From an uncultured bacterium (GTDB taxonomy: Bacteria; Actinomycetota; Actinomycetes; S36-B12), in NCBI GenBank assembly GCA_963700255.1, contig CAVOWW010000020.1, positions 3,917 through 67,916 of the forward strand: 64,000 bases of DNA. The letters run 5' to 3'. Numbering within the stretch: the first letter of the stretch is position 1; each line of letters begins with the position of its first letter. Below, in pieces: positions 28,935-38,256 of the stretch. The notes under the pieces were generated by a model. It saw only the letters and a list, made by a program, of their open reading frames with translations, was not told the DNA's origin and made no database searches. The position numbers were made by a program, and so were the translations under genes.

Positions 28935-29149
28935 GAGAGCTTCTCCTTGACGGAGTCGATGACTCCCTCGGCGGCGTCCGCAGCGCCCTTCACCGCGTCC
29001 TTCGCCTTGTCGGCGACGTCGTCCAGGGTCTGCTTCGCCTTCGCGGAGGCCTGATCCGCCTGGCCTTCCGCCTTGAGGTCCTCGTCGCCCGTCAGTGCAC
29101 CGGCTGCTTCCTTGACTCGACCTGTGGCCTCTTCGATCTTCGGATCCAT
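28931..29149 (-). CDS. CsbD family protein (second copy)
   Basis: 72 aa containing ...GRVKEAAGALTGDEDLKAEGQADQASAKAK... Confidence 0.88.
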   Translation of the reverse strand: MDPKIEEATGRVKEAAGALTGDEDLKAEGQADQASAKAKQTLDDVADKAKDAVKGAADAAEGVIDSVKEKLS

Positions 29150-29249
29150 GGCGTTCTCCTCACGGTGGGCTCAGCCCGCCACCGGGACGGCGATGGGCCG
29201 GCACACTTCGAGGTTAACCCTCGGCCTGTGCCGACCCATCCCTGAGGGG

Positions 29250-29486
29250 TCACGTCCCCGCTGCGTCGTTCCCTTCCATGCCGGCGGCCAGCCGACGGTC
29301 GGAGCGTCGCTGCGCCACCAGGGCACCGCCGAATCCAGCAAGCCCCAGGCCCACCAGCGCCAGTGGCAGCGCCAGCCGCGCGTCGAGTCGCACGTCGGTG
29401 TACGCACCGACGATGTAGGCGAGGGCGAATCCGGTGAACAGCAGTCCGGAGATCAGCGAGAACAGGTCGATCGGATGCTTACGCAC
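29250..29486 (-). CDS. Small two-TM membrane protein downstream of PspC-domain gene
   Basis: 78 aa with two hydrophobic helices. It overlaps the PspC-domain gene stop by 8 nt. Confidence 0.6.
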   Translation of the reverse strand: MRKHPIDLFSLISGLLFTGFALAYIVGAYTDVRLDARLALPLALVGLGLAGFGGALVAQRRSDRRLAAGMEGNDAAGT

Positions 29487-30684
29487 GGGACACCTCCAGG
29501 TCTCCGACGTCCGTTCGGACGGTCAGCTCGATGGTCGGGCCGGTCAGCGGCCCGTCTGGCAGCTCGGCGACGACGCTCACGTCGTCGCCGTCCTCCCGGG
29601 GCAGGCCGTCGACGTCGAGGGTGCCGAGGCCGACCTCGGCGTCGACGAGCACGCGCACGTCGTCCGGGACGGTCACGAGGAGCTCGCCGAGCCCGACCGA
29701 CGCATCGACCTCGATGGTCGTCGTCCCGTCCGGGATGACCAGCCGGGTCAGGTCGAGCTCCGCGGAGCCCACACTCAGCTCGAACGGCCTCGACGCCAGG
29801 GCGGGGGTGGTCGGCGTCCAGGCGCGCTCACCGACGCCGGCGTCGAGCCGCTGCCCGAAGTCGGCCGGGATCATGGCGATCGGAGCCGTCACCAGCAGCA
29901 GGGGCGCGGCGATCGCCACGAGCCAGCGGGCCCGGCCGGCGAAGGCTCCGACCAGCAGGCCGATGCCGAGGATGCCGAGCGCTGACGCGAGGATCACGAC
30001 GAACGGGATGTCGGCAGCACCGGTCGCGTCGAGCGACACCAGGACGCCCGTCACGATGACGGCAAGGCTCAGCGTGGCCAGCCCCAGGTAGGAGCGCGGT
30101 CGCGGTGCCGGCGGCACGGGGGCCGGCACTGGCGCCACGTAGCCGGGGTACTCACCCGAGCCGCCGTAGGCGTAGGGCGCCGGCATGACTGCCGTGTCGT
30201 TCTCGGTTGGGACGGCGGTCGCAGCCGGGAGCGCGCTCGCCGGCGGCCGGGTGGCGAGGTAGAGCACGAGGGCCCCCACCGCGAGCAGGAGCAGGAACGA
30301 TCCGCCGCCGCCCCATCCGCCGAACATGGCGCCGCCCAGACTGGCGAAGATGATGACGCCGACGACGATGCCCACGACGATCAGCACCGTACGTGCCGTC
30401 GAGTTCGGCTGGCGCGACTGGTCGATGAACCGCTCGGCCTGGCTCGACGGGGCACCCTCCTCCGGGATGAACAGCCACCCGATCAGGTAGAGGAGGAGTC
30501 CGCTGCCGCCGAAGACGGCGAGCACGACGAGGACGACCCGGACGATCACGGGGTCGATGCCGAGCCAGCGGGCGAAGCCGGCGGCGACACCGCCGAGAAC
30601 GCGGTCGGACTGGCTTCGGCGCAGGGGCGGGCGGGGGGCGGGGGGAGGCGGCACGTAGGCCGGGAACTCGGTGTTCTGTGTCAT
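29479..30684 (-). CDS. PspC domain-containing membrane protein
   Basis: The PspC domain is LRRSQSDRVLGGVAAGFARWLGIDPVIVRVVLVVLAVFGG. There are multiple TM segments and a C-terminal beta-rich domain. The ATG start is at 30684. Confidence 0.85.
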   Translation of the reverse strand: MTQNTEFPAYVPPPPAPRPPLRRSQSDRVLGGVAAGFARWLGIDPVIVRVVLVVLAVFGGSGLLLYLIGWLFIPEEGAPSSQAERFIDQSRQPNSTARTVLIVVGIVVGVIIFASLGGAMFGGWGGGGSFLLLLAVGALVLYLATRPPASALPAATAVPTENDTAVMPAPYAYGGSGEYPGYVAPVPAPVPPAPRPRSYLGLATLSLAVIVTGVLVSLDATGAADIPFVVILASALGILGIGLLVGAFAGRARWLVAIAAPLLLVTAPIAMIPADFGQRLDAGVGERAWTPTTPALASRPFELSVGSAELDLTRLVIPDGTTTIEVDASVGLGELLVTVPDDVRVLVDAEVGLGTLDVDGLPREDGDDVSVVAELPDGPLTGPTIELTVRTDVGDLEVSRA

Positions 30685-30821
30685 GGCTCCAGCCTGTTCC
30701 GCTGCGGTCGTCCCCACATCGGGGAGCAACCCTGATCCGACCCTGATCTTGCCCGGGGAAAGCTCAGGGGTCGACCCTGATGCCACGGGCGGCCATCGAC
30801 GGGGATGATCAGGGGGTGACG

Positions 30822-32036
30822 ATGAGCGACGCGCCCCCGCGGGCGACCCGCCCCACCCGGGGTCGGGTGGTGTCGGGCGTCTCGATCGGGCTCGCCCAGC
30901 ATCTGGGCATCCCGACCTGGCTCGTGCGCCTGGTGTTCGTCATCCTGGCGTTCGCCGGCGGCATCGGCGTCGTGCTCTACGCCGCGTTCTGGGCCGTCCT
31001 GCCCCTGTCCGCGGAGGATCCGGACGTCGATCCGTCGGCCGCGCGCGCTGCGGACACCACCCGGCTGCTCGCCCTCGCTGCGGTCGCCATCGGTGTCGCA
31101 CTGCTCATGACGGCGGCCGGCGTGACGATCGTCACCGGGGCGCTGGTGCCCATCATCCTGGCCGTCGTGGGCGCCGCCCTGATCTGGCGTCAGGCCGACG
31201 AGGAGCAGCGCGACTCATGGTCGACCGCGGCCAGCCGGGCCGCACGCCAGACGGCCAGCACCACTGCCGGCGCAGGACGATGGCGGATCGCGATCGGCGT
31301 CGGCCTCGTCCTCCTGGGCCTCGTCGCCCTCCTTGCCAGCCGAACAGGCCCGGCCGAGGCGCTGCAGGCCCTGGCGACCGCGCTTCTCCTGATCGGCGGG
31401 GTGGCCGTGGTGGTCTTCCCGTGGGTCTACCGCCGCTTCCGCGAGCAGGGCGAGCAGCGCCGTGCCCTCATCCGGTCCGAGGAGCGCGCGGAGATCGCGG
31501 CCCACGTCCACGACTCCGTCCTGCAGACGCTCACCCTGATCCAGCGCAACGCCGGTGACCCCGCGGAGGTCGTACGGCTCGCCCGCACCGAGGAACGCGC
31601 ACTGCGCTCGTGGCTCTACACGCCCACCGGCGACCCGGACCGCACGTTCGCGGCAGCGCTGCGCCGGGACGCCGCCGATGTGGAGGCGACCTACGGCGCC
31701 ACCATCGACGTCGTCGCCGTCGGCGACGCCCCGCTCGATGCTCGGGTGGCGGCACTTCTCGCCGCTGCCCGCGAGGCCATGGTGAACGCAGCGCGGCACG
31801 GGGGCGGTCAGGTCTCGGTGTACGCCGAGGTATCCGACGACGGCATGGAGGCCTTCGTCCGCGACCGCGGCCCGGGGTTCGACGTCGCAGCCGTGCCCGA
31901 GGACCGGCACGGGCTGCGCGAATCCGTGGTCGGGAGAATGGACCGGCATGGGGGTTCGGCGACGGTGCGCAGCACGCCGGGCACGGGCACCGAGGTCGAG
32001 CTCCGCCTGCCCCGGCACGCGGAGGTGACGCCATGA
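30822..32036 (+). CDS. Sensor histidine kinase with N-terminal PspC domain
   Basis: The PspC domain is RVVSGVSIGLAQHLGIPTWLVRLVFVILAF. The HisKA_3-type H-box is EIAAHVHDSVLQTL. The HATPase region is NAARHGG...DRGPGF. Confidence 0.88.
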   Translation: MSDAPPRATRPTRGRVVSGVSIGLAQHLGIPTWLVRLVFVILAFAGGIGVVLYAAFWAVLPLSAEDPDVDPSAARAADTTRLLALAAVAIGVALLMTAAGVTIVTGALVPIILAVVGAALIWRQADEEQRDSWSTAASRAARQTASTTAGAGRWRIAIGVGLVLLGLVALLASRTGPAEALQALATALLLIGGVAVVVFPWVYRRFREQGEQRRALIRSEERAEIAAHVHDSVLQTLTLIQRNAGDPAEVVRLARTEERALRSWLYTPTGDPDRTFAAALRRDAADVEATYGATIDVVAVGDAPLDARVAALLAAAREAMVNAARHGGGQVSVYAEVSDDGMEAFVRDRGPGFDVAAVPEDRHGLRESVVGRMDRHGGSATVRSTPGTGTEVELRLPRHAEVTP

Positions 32037-32674
32037 CCCTGGACCGCCTGCGCGTCGTGCTCGTCGACGACCACGCGATGGTCCGTGCCGGCGTCCGCAC
32101 CGAGCTCGGCGACTCGTTCGACATCGTCGGCGAGGCTGCCGACGTCGATGAGGCGGTGCGGGTGATCCTCGACACGGCGCCCGACGTCGTGCTGCTCGAC
32201 GTCCATCTGCCCGGGGGAGATGGGCGCGCCGTGCTCGACGCCTGCATCACCCAGGTGCCGGGCACGCGGTTCCTCGCCCTGTCGGTCAGCGACGCCCCCG
32301 AGGATGTGGTCTCCGTCGTCCGCGGCGGCGCGCGCGGCTACGTGACCAAAGCGATCTCCGGTGTCGAGCTGCGGGAGTCCGTGCAGCGGATCGCCGACGG
32401 GGATGCGGTGTTCTCCCCCCGCCTGGCCGGCTTCGTCCTCGACGCGTTCGCCGGCGGGGCCGCGGAGAAGGATGACGAGATCGACCGGCTGACCCCGCGC
32501 GAACGCGAGGTCATGCGCCTCATCGCTCGTGGGTACACGTACCGCGAGGTCGCCAGCGAGCTCGTGCTGTCGATCAAGACCGTCGAGACCCACGTCTCCG
32601 CGGTCCTGCGCAAGCTTCAGCTGTCCGACCGGCGCGAGCTCGCGAAGTGGGCGTCCGCGCGTCGGCTGATCTGA
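32033..32674 (+). CDS. LuxR/NarL-family response regulator
   Basis: It has receiver residues VLVDDH and LLDVHLPGGDG and a C-terminal LuxR HTH (LTPREREVMRLIARGYTYREVA). There is an ATGA overlap with the kinase. Confidence 0.92.
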   Translation: MTLDRLRVVLVDDHAMVRAGVRTELGDSFDIVGEAADVDEAVRVILDTAPDVVLLDVHLPGGDGRAVLDACITQVPGTRFLALSVSDAPEDVVSVVRGGARGYVTKAISGVELRESVQRIADGDAVFSPRLAGFVLDAFAGGAAEKDDEIDRLTPREREVMRLIARGYTYREVASELVLSIKTVETHVSAVLRKLQLSDRRELAKWASARRLI

Positions 32675-32680
32675 GCGGGC

Positions 32681-34756
32681 CTAGGCGCTGAACGCGATGC
32701 GCTCCACGTCCTCGCGGGTGATGTCGCGGCCGGTCCACGTCGACACGCTGTCGATGACCTTCTGCTCGGCTGCCGGACGCTCGGGCGAGGCGACCGCCTG
32801 TGCCTTGTCCCAACGACGGCGCACCTCCCACGCCAGCTCGCGTGCGCGCAGCGCGGCCTGCACCCGATCCATCTGGTCGGGGCTCGCGTCGAGACCGAAC
32901 ACCTGACGGAGGGTGTCCGGGATGACGAGGCGGTAGTCGTGCCCGCCCTCCTGGAAGATGCCCGGGGTCGGGACCAGCGCGTTCTGCAGGTCGATGAAGG
33001 TCGTGACGAAGGTGACGACCGGCAGCCAGCGGGTGCCGAGCGGCGAGCCCGGCGGCCGGGAGGCGTCCGGTCCGAGCCAGTCGGGTCGCTTCCACACCAG
33101 GGGTGCCGCGAACTTGGGCACGGGGTCGTCGCCGTTCTGCAGCAGGAGGAACTCGACCCCGTCCTTCTGCTCCGCGGGCAGCGCGTCCCAGTCACGGATG
33201 GCGCGCGGCAGGTAGAACGCCCCGGGGCCCACCTCGGGCGCCTGCGACACCGTGCGAGTGCCCCACATCTCCTGACGCCACACGGTCGAGGCGGGGGTGC
33301 CGATCCAGAACGCCGCATCGAGGCCCATACCGGTGGGGCCGCTCGTGCCCGTACCGCGGAACATCTCCTCGCTCACCTGCGATCCGAGGCTCTCCCCGAA
33401 CAGGTAGAACTTCGGTCGCTGGTCGGCTGGCATCGCCATGAGCCGGGCGACGATCCCGTTCACGAGGATTCGCGTCTGATGGGTCGCGTAGTCGACCTTG
33501 GTCAACGACAGGGCCGACGGCAGGACGGAGTACTGGATCGACGCCGACGCGCAGTTGCCCCGCGTGAGGTACTCGAACGTCTCCGTGGCCACGTAGTTGA
33601 CGTAGCCCGACCCGGTCGGGGAGAACAGGGCGAAGGCCGGACGCTGCAGCGCTCCGGTGCGGTCGATCTCGGCGAGCAGCAGGTTGGCGCGCTCCTCCGG
33701 CGTGGTCGCCGCCTGCAGGGGGGCGTAGACGCGGATGGGCTGCGTCGCCTTCTCGCCCATCACCGCCTCGATCTCGTCGGGCCTCAACGTCATGGTGAGC
33801 CAGCGACGCGACTCCCGGGTCTGGTCGGTCCATGGCACGACTGACCCCGGGCCGCCCGTGATCTCCGGAACGGTCGGTGCGACCTCGTGCGCGATGTCCG
33901 CGCTGACACCTGCCTTGCCGAGGATCGTGTTCGCCGCGGCGACAGCCGCCCAGCCGACTCCCGCCAGTGCCGCCGTTGCGGCGAAGCGGCCGATCGTGCG
34001 GTGGTCGTCGGGGTGTCCGCCGAGGACCTTCGCGGCGCCGCGCGCGACACCCCCGGACAGCGCGGACTCGCCCTTGGCGACGGCGAAGAGCACGGCCGTG
34101 ACGGCCAGGCTGGAGCCGAGCGCCTTCGGGATGGAGACCTCGCGCACGACGTTCTCCCGGGCCTCGGTCTCCCCGGGGGCGAGGGCTCCCCTCGTGGCGG
34201 TGCCCGGCCGCGTGAGCAGGTACGCGCCGACGGTGGTGGCGATCGCCGTCGCTGCCCCGGCCGCGTGGAAGCCGGGCCTGCCCCGCGTCGGCTCGAGGCT
34301 GTCGGCACCCATGCCCGCCAGGCCGGCTGCGGTGAGTCCAACGCCTCCGAGCCTGATCAGCGCACGCTTCGAGCTCTCGTGCTCGCGCGGCGGAACGGCC
34401 TTCATGATGGCTGCTCCGACGGCCGCGGCGGCGGCGTCGACGATGAGGCCGGACGTCGCGTGCCCTGCCGTCGATCGGGAGGACATCGGCAACCGGTCGG
34501 CGGTGGACCGCAGGAAGGAGTGCGCGGACGAGCCCCACGCGTAGCCGACCGACGCGGCCACGCCACTGATGATCGCCTGGTCACGCGTGCCGCGGGAGAG
34601 CAGGTTCGGCTGGAAGGACAGGCCGGTGTAGAAGGCACCGAGGAGGAAGCCGGCCCGGGATGAGACATCCAGCCCGCTGCTGTAGTAGCGGCTCAGCCGG
34701 TCCTCCGTCCCGGCCATGGCCTCGGCGGTTCCGTCCGTCAGGTCGATGCTGGTCAT
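32681..34756 (-). CDS. Membrane-anchored alpha/beta-hydrolase family protein
   Basis: 691 aa with an N-terminal multi-TM region and a C-terminal hydrolase fold carrying the nucleophile elbow GESLGS. Confidence 0.75.
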   Translation of the reverse strand: MTSIDLTDGTAEAMAGTEDRLSRYYSSGLDVSSRAGFLLGAFYTGLSFQPNLLSRGTRDQAIISGVAASVGYAWGSSAHSFLRSTADRLPMSSRSTAGHATSGLIVDAAAAAVGAAIMKAVPPREHESSKRALIRLGGVGLTAAGLAGMGADSLEPTRGRPGFHAAGAATAIATTVGAYLLTRPGTATRGALAPGETEARENVVREVSIPKALGSSLAVTAVLFAVAKGESALSGGVARGAAKVLGGHPDDHRTIGRFAATAALAGVGWAAVAAANTILGKAGVSADIAHEVAPTVPEITGGPGSVVPWTDQTRESRRWLTMTLRPDEIEAVMGEKATQPIRVYAPLQAATTPEERANLLLAEIDRTGALQRPAFALFSPTGSGYVNYVATETFEYLTRGNCASASIQYSVLPSALSLTKVDYATHQTRILVNGIVARLMAMPADQRPKFYLFGESLGSQVSEEMFRGTGTSGPTGMGLDAAFWIGTPASTVWRQEMWGTRTVSQAPEVGPGAFYLPRAIRDWDALPAEQKDGVEFLLLQNGDDPVPKFAAPLVWKRPDWLGPDASRPPGSPLGTRWLPVVTFVTTFIDLQNALVPTPGIFQEGGHDYRLVIPDTLRQVFGLDASPDQMDRVQAALRARELAWEVRRRWDKAQAVASPERPAAEQKVIDSVSTWTGRDITREDVERIAFSA

Positions 34757-34854
34757 TCCTCGTCCTCTCCTGGGGTCCCCGCGGATCCCGATCCGAGGCT
34801 GCCACCCCGGACGTCCTGAAGTATCCCCCCAGAGGATGACTCGCGATCACCTGT

Positions 34855-35530
34855 TCACGTCGCCGACATCTTCGCCCGGCGGGCAGCCGCCCCCGTCAGC
34901 AGGAAGAACAGGCTCAGCAGGAGGACCCACGCGGGGAACAGGAACTGCATGAACGACGGCAGCGGCGGGGTGAGCAGCATGATGACGGCCACAGCGTAGC
35001 CGCTGAACGCCAGCCACTTCGGGAACGCACCGCTGCCCGCCGGCCCGTCGTCGCCACCGTCGCGACGAAGACAGCGGCCATGCGCGTGCCGAAGGTGCCC
35101 AGCAGGGCGGCGGCGAGCGCCCACCCGAACGCCCGTCCTCTCCGGCGGCAGCTCGATCCCCGACATCCTGGAGGGTCAGCACCGCCTTCAGCGCGGCGGC
35201 CGCGGCGAACAGCAGGGCGACGAAGATCAGGCCGGAGCCGAGGAAGACCGTGCCGACGAAGCGGTCCTCCGTCGCACCGACCTGCGCGCGGATGACGGCG
35301 ATGAACCAGAGGAAGGCGATGCCCGGCGAACGGCATGAGGTTGAGCGCAAGGCCGACGGCTCGCGTCGCGCCGGATCCTCCGACCACTGCCCGAGGTCGG
35401 ACGGCACCTCGGGGACCACATTGCGGAGCAGGACGATCACCGCCCCGAGGATGACGGCGAAGATGATTCCCGCCACCGCGGCGGACGCGGGTCGGCGGAC
35501 CGCCTGCATCACTGCTGCTCGATCGACCAT
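34855..35530 (-). pseudogene. Multi-TM membrane protein, at least four frame switches
   Basis: Membrane-like sequence alternates between the three minus-strand ORFs. For example, ...SEDPARR | TRAVGLALNLMPFAG | IAFLWFIAVIRAQVG...LTLQDVG... | RAFGWALAAALLGTFGTRMAAVFVATVA | GAFPKWLAFSGYAVAVIMLL... Confidence 0.55.
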
Positions 35531-35551
35531 GCCTGCCTCCTGGGTGACGCG

Positions 35552-36235
35552 CTAGAGGACGTTGACCGCGCGGGCAACGACGAGCCCGATGAGCGCCAGG
35601 GAGATGGCGGACTCGGTGATGAGCCACAGCTTGGACCAGTGCCGCACGGCCGAGACATCCGTCGGGCTGAAGGCAGTGGCCGTATTGAACGACAGGGCCA
35701 GGTAGTCGACGAACTGGGGGTACCAGGTCGCGTAGGCGGGCGCGCTCAGGTCCTGCTCGGGGAAGCGGAACGCCGGCAGGGTCCCTCGCTCCTCGTACGT
35801 GCCGTTAGCCCTGGCCGTGGGCCCACCGCAGTCGAGGTGCCAGAACCAGAGCGAGTAGGAGATCACCATCGTCACCCAGACCACCCCACCGATCGTCAGC
35901 AGCTCTGCCGCATCGCCGAACTCTGCGCCCTGCAGGATGCCGACCACGAGCCGCGCAGCGGAGATGGCCGTGACGACGGTGATCGAGGCGACCATCACGC
36001 CCGTCACGACTCGCAGCCACCGGCTCTCGCGGTCGATCCGACCAGGATCGCCCACCACCAGGATCACCACGAGGACGAGCAGGAACAGTGGGTAGATGTA
36101 GTGCGTCGCCTCGCTGACCCGGAACTGCTCCGGGATGAAGAGGTAGAGGCCTGCGGCCACGAGCACGGCGAGCACCATGGGCAGGCGGCGCTCACCCCGT
36201 CGGCGCGGCTCGGCCGCCGGCATCCCTTCGTCCAT
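35552..36235 (-). CDS. DUF1345-like membrane protein
   Basis: 227 aa with TM helices, and ...YLALSFNTATAFSPTDV... is typical of DUF1345. It begins immediately after the lipid-kinase stop. Confidence 0.7.
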   Translation of the reverse strand: MDEGMPAAEPRRRGERRLPMVLAVLVAAGLYLFIPEQFRVSEATHYIYPLFLLVLVVILVVGDPGRIDRESRWLRVVTGVMVASITVVTAISAARLVVGILQGAEFGDAAELLTIGGVVWVTMVISYSLWFWHLDCGGPTARANGTYEERGTLPAFRFPEQDLSAPAYATWYPQFVDYLALSFNTATAFSPTDVSAVRHWSKLWLITESAISLALIGLVVARAVNVL

Positions 36236-37532
36236 CTACGACCGGGCCCGGCCGGCGTCGATCGGGTCCATTCCCATTGCGACACGCGCCAGCCGCCGCG
36301 CGGCATCGCGCAGTCCCGTCGGCTGGGCCGACGACGGCGACGCCCCCGGATGTGACCGCGCGATCCGAACGCGAAGGACGCCCGGGCGGGTCCGAAACAC
36401 CAGCGGCGACTGCAGGACCAGAGCCTCCCCGTCGACGCCCACGGGGATACCGTCCTCGCTCTCGACCACGAACTCCTGCGCGGCCCACTCGCTCTTGACG
36501 CTCCTGTGGTTCGTGCCAGGGACGACAGCGCCGACGACGGTCACGCCGAGCACGGCGGCATCCATGCGCGGCCTGGTGCCGGAGCCGAGCAACCGGCCCA
36601 GCCGATACACGTTGTTCGACACAAGGATGACGGCGGCGGACCTCTCCGCACGCCCGTCCGGGCCGGTCCAGCGCAGTTCCCGTGTCGACTCGTGCGCGGG
36701 ATCGCGGGAGAGCATCGTCGGCACGGTGTCGAGGATGGTCCGGATCTTCGCGTCGCGGTAGCCGTCGCTCTGCACTGCCTCCGCGTAGAGACCGAGCGAG
36801 ACGTTGTTGACGAACGTGCGACCGCTCACCTCCCCGAGGTCGACGCGCTTCTCGCCACCGTCGACGAACGCATCCAGCGCCCCGACCACGTCGTCGCGAT
36901 CGACGCCGAGATCGAGGGCGAAGTGGTTGCGCGTGCCGGCGGGGATGCAGGCGAAGGGCAGGTCGTGCTCCGCCGCGATCGTCGCGACGAGGGCCTGGGT
37001 CCCGTCACCCCCTGCGGCCATCAGCCCGTCGGCGCCGCGGCTGACGGCGTCCTGCACGAGCGCGACGAGGTCGTCCCCAGGCTTGAGTTCGATCGGCTCG
37101 ATGCCACGCTTGCGGGCCTCGTCGGCCAGATTGCTCTTGAGGGCCTTGCCGCCGCCGGACTTGGGGTTCCAGACCACGACCGCGCGTGTCGGCGGCGGTG
37201 CGGGCGGCAGGTGCACGTGCACCGAGAAGGCGTGCTTGCCCAGCACGACACTCACGCCGATCAGGACGATGCCGACGACGCCCTCGATCATGATCCCGTC
37301 GACGACGAGGTAGCCAAGGGCTCCGATGACCAGGATGCCCGCGACGATCCACGACACCACGCGGGCACGGCCCGCTGCGGATCAGTCCCTGCCACGCCAC
37401 GAACAGCGCCAGCACCACCAGGGCAAGGGCGATCAGCCCGCGCGGAAAGGTGCGCAGCCCGGATGCGACCACGAGAACAAGGCCGAGGACCAGGCAGGCA
37501 AGCGTGAGCGCGGCAGCGATGCGGCGGGACAC
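36236..37532 (-). pseudogene. Diacylglycerol/lipid kinase (YegS/BmrU family) with N-terminal TM extension, frame break at about 37371-37373
   Basis: The catalytic part carries NPKSGGGKA and AAGGDGT. The GTG at 37532 has GGGGAG 8 nt upstream and gives two TM helices (MSRRIAAALTLACLVLGLVLV...LALFVAWQGLIRSG). These continue as RARVVSWIVAGILVIG... only after dropping one base of a GGG run. The span is 1297 nt (1 mod 3). Confidence 0.7.
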
Positions 37533-37620
37533 GTGACCACTCCCCTCTCGTCGGACAGGTTAGGAGCATTGTCACGGGTGCTCCTCACCCGCTGCGGATG
37601 ATCCTCCGTCCACTCGCCCC

Positions 37621-38256
37621 ATGCGGGCTGAATCGACGTGGCAGACGGGCGATACTGGCGCGGTGACCGACCCCGATCCCCTGACGATCCCCTCTGCCGG
37701 CATCCGCGCGGAACTAGCCGAGCTCGATGCCCGCCTGTACGCAGCCGTGGCCGGCGCGCACACGCCGACTCTCGACGCGTTCTTCCGCCGCCTGTCCCGC
37801 ACGGCCGACAAGTCGGTGCTGTGGCTGGGCGTCGCCGGTGTCATGGCTGCCGTGGGCGGGCGCACGGGGCGTCGAGCAGCCGTGAACGGGCTCGCGTCCA
37901 TCGCCGTGGCCTCAGCGACCGCCAATCTCGTCGGCAAGCGCGTGACGAACCGCAGGCGTCCCGACCGGGTCTGGCACGACGTGCCCGAGGTGCGGCACGT
38001 GCCGATGCCGACATCGACGTCGTTCCCCTCCGGCCATTCGGCGTCGGCGTTCGCCTTCGCGGAAGGGGTCGGAGCGGCCGCACCTGCCCTCGGGGTCCCC
38101 GTCCGGATGCTCGCCGTCGCCGTGTCCTACTCGCGCGTGCACACCGGCGTCCACTACCCGGGCGACGTCGTTGCCGGTGCTCTCATCGGGGTGACGTCAG
38201 GAGAGATCGCCTGCCGCAGCCTCGCCTTCGCCCGTCGCCGCTGGGACATCCCGTGA
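37621..38256 (+). CDS. PAP2-family phosphatase
   Basis: It carries the motifs KRVTNRRRP, PSGHS and SRVHTGVHYPGD. Confidence 0.88.
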   Translation: MRAESTWQTGDTGAVTDPDPLTIPSAGIRAELAELDARLYAAVAGAHTPTLDAFFRRLSRTADKSVLWLGVAGVMAAVGGRTGRRAAVNGLASIAVASATANLVGKRVTNRRRPDRVWHDVPEVRHVPMPTSTSFPSGHSASAFAFAEGVGAAAPALGVPVRMLAVAVSYSRVHTGVHYPGDVVAGALIGVTSGEIACRSLAFARRRWDIP

